Shown here: in pieces, positions 57,485 to 64,000 of the stretch
Numbering within the stretch: the stretch's first letter is position 1
Layout of the letters: the number at the start of each line of letters is the position of its first letter
IMG/VR virus record: IMGVR_UViG_3300032038_000013
From: an uncultured virus (IMG/VR IMGVR_UViG_3300032038_000013)
Taxonomy: Duplodnaviria; Heunggongvirae; Uroviricota; Caudoviricetes
Direction: 5' to 3' (one strand)
DNA length: 64,000 nucleotides
Translations under genes and position numbers: made by a program
Notes under the pieces: model-generated
The model's database searches: none
What the model was told of the DNA's origin: nothing
Seen by the model: only the letters and a program-made list of their open reading frames with translations

Positions 57485-57512
57485 ATGCAGAGCTTTGGCT
57501 CTGCATTTTTTA
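57485..57512 (+). terminator. Terminator
   Basis: ATGCAGAGC-tttg-GCTCTGCAT followed by T-tract. Confidence 0.8.
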
Positions 57513-57591
57513 TTTTAATACTTTATTAATTTTATTAAACTATTTTAACAAATAATTCTATATTTTATTAATAAATACATAAAAGTGATTT

Positions 57592-57933
57592 ATGGAAGAA
57601 GTAAAAGAATATGTAAGTAAAGATGTTGAACAAGAAGCACTTGAAGTTCCAACAGTACAAGTAATGCCTGAGACAGGTACAATTATGGATGCAGTACAAA
57701 TGTCTGAAGAGAATAATAAACAAAGAGAAGCAATGGAAGCTGCAATATCAAATGACCAAATGAAGAGATTTAAAGCAATGGCAAAAGCATGGCAAGAAGC
57801 TCATACACAAAAGGTTAGAAAATTTGATAAGGTAGGTCGTAATGATCCATGTCCATGTGGATCTGGTAAAAAGTTCAAGAATTGTTGTATGAACAAAAAG
57901 AATTGGAATGAATTAGTTCCTGTAAAAAAATAA
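57592..57933 (+). CDS. SEC-C motif protein
   Basis: [20 protein letters not shown]. Confidence 0.9.
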   Translation: MEEVKEYVSKDVEQEALEVPTVQVMPETGTIMDAVQMSEENNKQREAMEAAISNDQMKRFKAMAKAWQEAHTQKVRKFDKVGRNDPCPCGSGKKFKNCCMNKKNWNELVPVKK

Positions 57934-57942
57934 GTATAAAGT

Positions 57943-58728
57943 ATGAAGTATATATTTGATGTTGATGAAAGAAACAACAAATTTTCAATAAGAGTAGAAA
58001 TACAAAAGGGAAATGCATTTAATGCTAATGCTTCATCAATTGTTGAATGTTCAGAAGAACAACCAAATTGGGGTAAAGATTTAGAATTAATGCTTCAAGA
58101 ATTAATTGATAATATGAGATTAACAGTTCAAGAAAGAACTGAAGCACGTCGTAATGCAAATATATTAATTGAATATCTTAAGTATAGTAATCCTGTTGCT
58201 CCTGAACAAAGACATCAAATGATTGTTGAAGAAAATCCTGAAATTCTAATACAAGAGAAAGAAATATAATTAAACTATGCATGAAGGATTTATTAGATAA
58301 TGATATATGCATTGGTGATAAAGTAGTATTTCCTATTGCATATTTTGAACGTAAAGAATTGGATTATGGAATAGTTGAAAGAATGACAAAAGACGGGAAA
58401 GCTTGTTGGTGCAAATCGTTTAGATATACATTTCCAGCAGTATTGAGAAGAACATATCAAGTTGTAAAATATGAAAAATCTTAATGAACAATTAAAAGAA
58501 CTTCCTGAAGAATTTGTTATTGAAATGGAACAACAGAAAAAAGATAGATGGGTAGATGTCTTCAATTTTCTTGTAAACTATTTTGATATACAAAATGAAA
58601 TTGATGAAGTTGAAGCAGAAGGTTTTCCATTAACAGATTTTTTCAAAAAGATACATGATATGGGATTTTATGGAGGAGTCAATTTTGCATTAGATCCACA
58701 AATTCCTTATGAAATAAAAAGTGAATAA
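57943..58728 (+). CDS. Three small hypothetical genes
   Basis: ORFs starting at 57943, 58281 and 58471. Confidence 0.65.
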
Positions 58729-58787
58729 TTGTAATAGTTACAAATATGTACTATATTATAATTGTGAAATTAATATAATATATATAA

Positions 58788-59852
58788 ATGATTGAACAAA
58801 AGAAATATTTGATAATTTACCATAAGGAAGATAATGATGGTGTTTTTTCAGGTGCATTGTTTTATGATTATTTAATTAATCGTATGGGATGCAAACTTGA
58901 AGATCTTTGTTTCATTGGTGCTGATTATAATATGCTTGCTGAATTTTCAAAAGACAATAAAGTTGAAGATCTTCATAAGGATTTTGAAAATTTGATAATG
59001 ACTGATATTTCTTTCAATGATGTTTCTTATATGAAGAAACTTTGGAAAGAGTTCGGTACTAATTTTGTTTGGTGTGATCATCATGCTCCTATTATTAAAG
59101 CTTCATTTGAAAATAAGTTTAGTGATGTTCCTGGCATTCGAGATACAAAACGTTCTGCAATATTGAATGTTTGGAAATTCTTGTATGACCAATTTGATGA
59201 AGCTTACAATGAAAAGAAAGTTCCTGAGTTGCTTCGAATTTTATCAGGCTGGGATTCTTGGTCATATGAACGTGAAGGTTATGAATTTGAATATGTTCGT
59301 AATATCAATAAGGCTGTAACAGTCAATTATGAACTTAAGCTTGGTGAAGCTCGTAAACTTGTTCATGATTTATACATGGTTTATATTGAACATAAGCCTT
59401 CAGGAAAGATGTCAGAGGTATTCAAAGATGGTTCATTGATTGAACAACTTCATGAAACTGGTAAGAAGTTGAATGAATATGATGACCAAGTAATGCGAGA
59501 TATCATTGAAAAATCAGGAGATCGTACATGGAAGCTTGCAATTTGGAATGAAGACAAACAAGAATTTTCATATCGAAATGCTTGTGCAATATTCCATCAA
59601 GGTCAGTCAAATTCAACATTCTTTAAGTCATTGATTGATACAAATTGTCAGAATGGAATTGTTTTCAAGCATCAACCAAATGGAAACTGGGTAGTTTCAT
59701 TGTATAATGTTAAAGATGGTGATTCATTCCACTGTGGAGAATTTATGAAGCGTTCTTACAAAGGTGGTGGTCATGCTGGAGCTGCAGGTTGTACATTGAC
59801 AGAAACACAATTCATTAAAGTTTTGAAGTCGAAAATTCTTACCGATAAATAA
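58788..59852 (+). CDS. DHH-family phosphoesterase
   Basis: YHKEDNDG, TDISF, WCDHH, GGGHAGAAG. Confidence 0.9.
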   Translation: MIEQKKYLIIYHKEDNDGVFSGALFYDYLINRMGCKLEDLCFIGADYNMLAEFSKDNKVEDLHKDFENLIMTDISFNDVSYMKKLWKEFGTNFVWCDHHAPIIKASFENKFSDVPGIRDTKRSAILNVWKFLYDQFDEAYNEKKVPELLRILSGWDSWSYEREGYEFEYVRNINKAVTVNYELKLGEARKLVHDLYMVYIEHKPSGKMSEVFKDGSLIEQLHETGKKLNEYDDQVMRDIIEKSGDRTWKLAIWNEDKQEFSYRNACAIFHQGQSNSTFFKSLIDTNCQNGIVFKHQPNGNWVVSLYNVKDGDSFHCGEFMKRSYKGGGHAGAAGCTLTETQFIKVLKSKILTDK

Positions 59853-59964
59853 AATATTATTAAATTTTTGAGAGGAAATTTCATAAATTTTACATATAAT
59901 ATTTGCGTATCGTAGTACTTGAATAGGTAGTCCGGATTATTTTTACATATAGATAATTTGATAT

Positions 59965-60036
59965 TACCTAAGATGATATTGGAGGCGAAAATATTAGTTA
60001 CTTGGGTATGATTTTGTATTCATATCCAAGTTTTTT
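59965..60036 (+). promoter_or_regulatory. Alternative hairpin/terminator (attenuator-like element or small RNA)
   Basis: CTTGGGTA can pair with upstream TACCTAAG or downstream TATCCAAG, the latter followed by a T-tract. Confidence 0.55.
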
Positions 60037-60138
60037 AGTCTTTATTTAAAAGGTGAAAATTATGTAAATAAATGTTAAAACAATTCTATATTTCTATATA
60101 TAGAAAGGAAATTTAAAAATATATTTGTATGGAGATTT

Positions 60139-62514
60139 ATGACCGTAATCAAACGAGACGGAACTCCTCAGGAATATAACTTTATAAAAATTGTAGATGC
60201 AGTTACAAAGGCATTCAATTCAGTCGAGCAAACAGTTCCTGAGAAATTCCTTGAACAAGTTAAAGAGTCTGTAGAGAAAGTAATAATTAAGAACAATGGT
60301 AATGGTACTTCAGTAGAAGAGATTAATGACACAATTCAAAAAGAACTTATTAAGCGTAATAAGTTTGAAGTTGTGGAATCTTTTATAAATTATAGAAGAA
60401 AAAGAGAAGAGATTAGAGAGCAGAAATCTGATTTGATTAAAGATGTTCAAACAGCATTATTTGGTAAGAACATTCAAAATCAAAATGCTAACCTTGATGA
60501 AGAATCTTATGGTGGTCGTGTAGGGGAAGCTGCAAGTGTTGTTTGTAAAGACCAAGCTCTTAAGATGATGTCAAAGACAAGCCGTCGTAATCATGAAAAG
60601 AATATGGTTTATATCCATGATCTTGATGCTTGGGCAGATGGACGTCATAATTGCTTAACAATGCCACTTGATGAGCTTCTTGCAAATGGATTCACTACAC
60701 GTCAGACAGATGTTCGTCCTGCCGGTTCAGTCAATACTGCTATGCAATTGGTTGCTGTTTTATTCCAATTACAATCATTGCAACAGTTTGGTGGAGTTTC
60801 AAGTTCACACTTAGATTGGACTATGGTACCTTACGTTCGTAAATCATTCAGAAAACATTATATCGTTGACTGGATTCAACATTTGGATGCGTTCTATGAA
60901 TTAGATATATTGTCTATGGATTATGAAGCATATAAACATTGGACAGAAAACAAAGTTACAGAATTTTATTTAGAAACAAAATTAACAGATGAAGATTTCA
61001 AATTTGCAAATAAAGCAACTTTAGATCTTAAAATTAGACAAAGAGCACTTGATGATACAAAGAGAGAAACATACCAAGCAGTTGAAGGTATGTATCATAA
61101 TTTGAATACATTACAAAGTCGTTCTGGTAATCAACTTCCATTTACTTCTATTAATTATGGAACTTGTACAGAACCTGAAGGTCGTATGGTAACTCGTGCA
61201 TTACTTGATGTATCAATGGAAGGACTTGGTTCTAAAGGTGTTACTTCAATTTTCCCATGTGGTATTTTCCAATATATGAAAGGTGTTAATGATAAACCAG
61301 GAACTCCAAACTATGATTTGAAACGTCTTGCGTTAAAATCAACATCTATGCGTATATATCCAAATTATTGTAATGTTGACTGGTCAGTTAATGCAGGGTA
61401 TGATAAAAATGATCCAACAACATATGTAAGTACAATGGGATGCCGTACATATAATGGTGCAGATATTAATGCAGAACCTGGTGTTAATCCACAAAGAAAA
61501 GATGGCCGTGGTAATATTTGTCCTGTTACTGTTATTCTTCCAACATTAGCATTAATTGCAAAACAAAAAGTTGATAAGAAATGGGAAAAATCAGGAGCTG
61601 AATATGTTGCAAATTATAATGAAGCAGTATTTGAAGAATTTATGTCAATTCTTGATAAGAAGATTGGAGAAGCAAAAGATACATTAATTGAAAGATTTAA
61701 TCATATTGCTTCACAGCCAGCAGCATCAGGTAAGTTTATGTATGAAAACTGTACAATGTCAGGTTATAAGAAAGAAGAAGGTATTATATCTGCATTGAAG
61801 CACGGTACATTAGCATTAGGTCAATTAGGTCTTGCAGAAACATTACAGATTATTTTCAAATTAGATCATACAACTGAAAAGGGAATGAAATATGCAAAAC
61901 AAATTGAACAGTTGTTTAAGACAAGATGCGCAGAGTTCAAACAAAAATATAAGTTGAATATTGGTGTTTATTATACTCCTGCCGAAAATCTTTGTAAGAC
62001 TGCAATGGCTAACTTTAAGAGACTTAATCCTGGTTTTGAGCAAGAATATGTAACTTATTTAAGAGATAAAGACGGTAATAAGATAGATAAACTTTATTTT
62101 ACAAATTCAATGCATGTTCCGGTTTGGCATGAATGTGATGTATTTGAAAAGATTGATATTGAAAGTCAATTGACTGGTTATTCAAACGCAGGTTGTATTA
62201 CTTATGTTGAATTGGATAGTACTTGTTATAATAACATAGATGCAATTGAAAAGATTGTTGATTATGCAATGGAACATGATGTACCTTATTTTGCAATTAA
62301 TATTCCTTTGAATAGATGTGCAAAATGTGGTGAACCTATTTATGATGAAGAATTAACAGAATGTCCAAAATGTGGGTGTAATGAAATTATTCGTTTAGGT
62401 CGTATAACTGGTTATCTTTCTACAACAATCGAACATTTTAATGCTGGAAAGAAACAAGAATTTGAACATCGTGTAGATCATATTGGTCAATCAATTTTTA
62501 ATGGTTGTGATTAA
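60139..62514 (+). CDS. nrdD: Anaerobic ribonucleoside-triphosphate reductase (class III) with ATP cone
   Basis: VIKRDG ATP cone, YIHDLD, TMGCRT, YFTNSMHVPV, CxxC..CPKCG and RITGYL glycyl-radical motif. Confidence 0.97.
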   Translation: MTVIKRDGTPQEYNFIKIVDAVTKAFNSVEQTVPEKFLEQVKESVEKVIIKNNGNGTSVEEINDTIQKELIKRNKFEVVESFINYRRKREEIREQKSDLIKDVQTALFGKNIQNQNANLDEESYGGRVGEAASVVCKDQALKMMSKTSRRNHEKNMVYIHDLDAWADGRHNCLTMPLDELLANGFTTRQTDVRPAGSVNTAMQLVAVLFQLQSLQQFGGVSSSHLDWTMVPYVRKSFRKHYIVDWIQHLDAFYELDILSMDYEAYKHWTENKVTEFYLETKLTDEDFKFANKATLDLKIRQRALDDTKRETYQAVEGMYHNLNTLQSRSGNQLPFTSINYGTCTEPEGRMVTRALLDVSMEGLGSKGVTSIFPCGIFQYMKGVNDKPGTPNYDLKRLALKSTSMRIYPNYCNVDWSVNAGYDKNDPTTYVSTMGCRTYNGADINAEPGVNPQRKDGRGNICPVTVILPTLALIAKQKVDKKWEKSGAEYVANYNEAVFEEFMSILDKKIGEAKDTLIERFNHIASQPAASGKFMYENCTMSGYKKEEGIISALKHGTLALGQLGLAETLQIIFKLDHTTEKGMKYAKQIEQLFKTRCAEFKQKYKLNIGVYYTPAENLCKTAMANFKRLNPGFEQEYVTYLRDKDGNKIDKLYFTNSMHVPVWHECDVFEKIDIESQLTGYSNAGCITYVELDSTCYNNIDAIEKIVDYAMEHDVPYFAINIPLNRCAKCGEPIYDEELTECPKCGCNEIIRLGRITGYLSTTIEHFNAGKKQEFEHRVDHIGQSIFNGCD

Positions 62515-62531
62515 TATTCTATATTGTATAT

Positions 62532-62837
62532 ATGAGTAGATCATTAAGAAATAGAAAGGAGCAGTACGGGGTTTTCATAAGTCCCGTCTGCTATTTTTCA
62601 AATAAAAAAGATAAAAGAATTGCAAATCGTAGATTTAGACGACTTTCAAAACAAGATGCTCATATATCTACTATAAAAATTGAAGATTGTTTTAAAAGAC
62701 ATTCAATGAGAGAAGTGTCAGATCCTTGGAGTTTTGACTCTGATGGTTTACGTTATTATAAAAGTTTTAGTGAACGATCATTATATGATAATGAGCCATA
62801 TAGTAAAGAAGACATAAGAAAAATGCGAATGAAATGA
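62532..62837 (+). CDS. Small basic hypothetical protein
   Basis: MSRSLR..KKDKRIANRRFRR. Confidence 0.65.
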   Translation: MSRSLRNRKEQYGVFISPVCYFSNKKDKRIANRRFRRLSKQDAHISTIKIEDCFKRHSMREVSDPWSFDSDGLRYYKSFSERSLYDNEPYSKEDIRKMRMK

Positions 62838-63094
62838 GCAGAACAAATAAATTCCGAACAAGTTATAAAACAAGAACAACAAAGTATCGTTCAAATCGTT
62901 TAATAGGATGGAATCATTTTAGAACAAGACCTTATGGACGAATAGGATGGGATTATAGTTATCAAAAATGGTATGATGAAGACCGCGGATGGCATTTATC
63001 TGAAGACTTAATAACAATAGTAAACAAAAAAGGATATAGACAAAAACTAAAAAAAGAATTAAAAAATATAATTGACAAAGAATGCATATATTAG
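62834..63094 (+). CDS. Small basic hypothetical protein
   Basis: MSRTNKFR..RQKLKKELK. Confidence 0.6.
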   Translation: MSRTNKFRTSYKTRTTKYRSNRLIGWNHFRTRPYGRIGWDYSYQKWYDEDRGWHLSEDLITIVNKKGYRQKLKKELKNIIDKECIY

Positions 63095-63615
63095 ATATAA
63101 CAGCTCCAGATATAAATAATGGTAATGGAATAAGAGTAACATTATGGGTTGCAGGTTGTAAACATAAATGTAAAGGTTGTCATAATCCTTGGACATGGAA
63201 TTTTAATGAAGGTAAATCATTTAAAGATAATATTCAAGAAATTTCAAATCAATTAACTTCTTGGTTAGAAAGAGATTATGTTGATGGATTAACAATTTCA
63301 GGAGGAGATCCATTATGTCAAGATGAAGATGGCCTTTATAACATTTTACAATTGATTACTTGGGTTAAATCAAATTTCCCAGAAAAAACTATTTGGGTTT
63401 ATACAGGTTATGTTTATGAAGATTTACAAAAGGAAATAAATGAAAATCCAAATTGTGATCGTTCAATTGCATTAAGAGGAATATTAGCAAGTATTAATGT
63501 TTTAGTTGATGGACCTTATATTGAAGAATTAAGAGATATTGCGCACTGTCCATTTAGAGGCAGTACAAACCAAAGATTAATATATTTGAATAATGGAAAA
63601 AGAGAAGATAAGTAA
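63082..63615 (+). CDS. nrdG: Anaerobic RNR activating radical-SAM protein
   Basis: NGNGIRVTLWVAGCKHKCKGCHN, SGGDPL, LVDGPY, FRGSTNQR. Confidence 0.95.
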   Translation: MHILDITAPDINNGNGIRVTLWVAGCKHKCKGCHNPWTWNFNEGKSFKDNIQEISNQLTSWLERDYVDGLTISGGDPLCQDEDGLYNILQLITWVKSNFPEKTIWVYTGYVYEDLQKEINENPNCDRSIALRGILASINVLVDGPYIEELRDIAHCPFRGSTNQRLIYLNNGKREDK

Positions 63616-64000
63616 TAAACAAGTTTTTATAAAATGGACTGGTTCAAAAAGAAAGCAAGCACCAGAAATTGTAAATAATTTTCCAAAAGAAATAAATACA
63701 TATTATGAATGTTTTCTTGGTGGCGGGTCTGTTTTACATGAACTGTTAAATAGAATTTATTCATGCGAGATAAAATGTAAAAAGATTATTTGTTGTGATA
63801 TTAATCCTGACCTTATTGGTATATGGAATATGTTGAAAAACAATAGACAAGAATTGTTTGATTATTATGTATCACAATATAATGAAATAATAAGACGAAG
63901 AGATATTGCAAGAACTCAAACTGATGATGAAGTCGAAGTAACAAGACGTATGGGTACGCTTTATTATGAAAATAGAGATAAAATGAATAGTCTTCCTGTT
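63593..64000 (+). CDS. dam: DNA adenine methyltransferase (Dam/D12 class), 3'-truncated by window edge; missing from the ORF track
   Basis: Own translation: FIKWTGSKRKQAPEI..YYECFLGGGSV..CDINPDLI. Confidence 0.85.
   Translation, partial: MEKEKISNKQVFIKWTGSKRKQAPEIVNNFPKEINTYYECFLGGGSVLHELLNRIYSCEIKCKKIICCDINPDLIGIWNMLKNNRQELFDYYVSQYNEIIRRRDIARTQTDDEVEVTRRMGTLYYENRDKMNSLPV

Noticed and set aside
12816..58765. CRISPR array or iterons from the repeated 17-mer
   Set aside because: Copies are kilobases apart and always directly upstream of start codons, which fits promoters
2251..62043. Many short ORFs in the track that overlap longer genes (e.g. 2251, 3203, 7535, 24348, 53230, 56624, 61861)
   Set aside because: Antisense or out-of-frame shadows of well-supported genes, with no motifs or promoters
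60139..62514. Intein or intron in nrdD
   Set aside because: Continuous ORF of normal size; no intein splice motifs seen
1..64000. Window-wide alternative genetic code
   Set aside because: Long genes on both strands are uninterrupted under code 11; only one convincing TAG read-through case was found

Overview
A very AT-rich, gene-dense segment of a large T4-like (myovirus-type) jumbo phage genome, probably infecting an anaerobic Bacteroidetes host. The host call is inferred from TAnnTTTG-type promoters, NrdD/NrdG, and BspA-LRR and DUF4353-type proteins. The + strand carries clusters of small early genes behind a 17-nt repeated promoter, plus DNA-metabolism genes: RuvC-like resolvase, dNMP kinase, gp42-like dCMP hydroxymethylase, gp32-like SSB, EndoV, DHH, NrdD/G, Dam and IF-1. 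The - strand carries late genes behind a second motif (TTATTTTTAWATA): baseplate, endolysin, adhesin-like proteins and glycosyltransferases. Main findings: (1) an apparently self-contained hydroxymethylcytosine hypermodification pathway, with BGT-like and second-sugar transferases plus phage-encoded enzymes for a non-standard nucleotide sugar; (2) about 11 unrelated late proteins (ferritin, AAA ATPase, GNAT-like) sharing a 10-residue N-terminal tag resembling the T4 capsid-targeting sequence; (3) a RimK ligase-aspartic protease fusion; (4) a ~330-nt structured non-coding transcript with its own promoter, a PPP mini-ORF and a terminator; (5) an attenuator-like RNA before nrdD; (6) one in-frame TAG whose read-through exactly fills an intergenic gap. 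All homology calls come from motif recognition and recalled sequences, not database searches.
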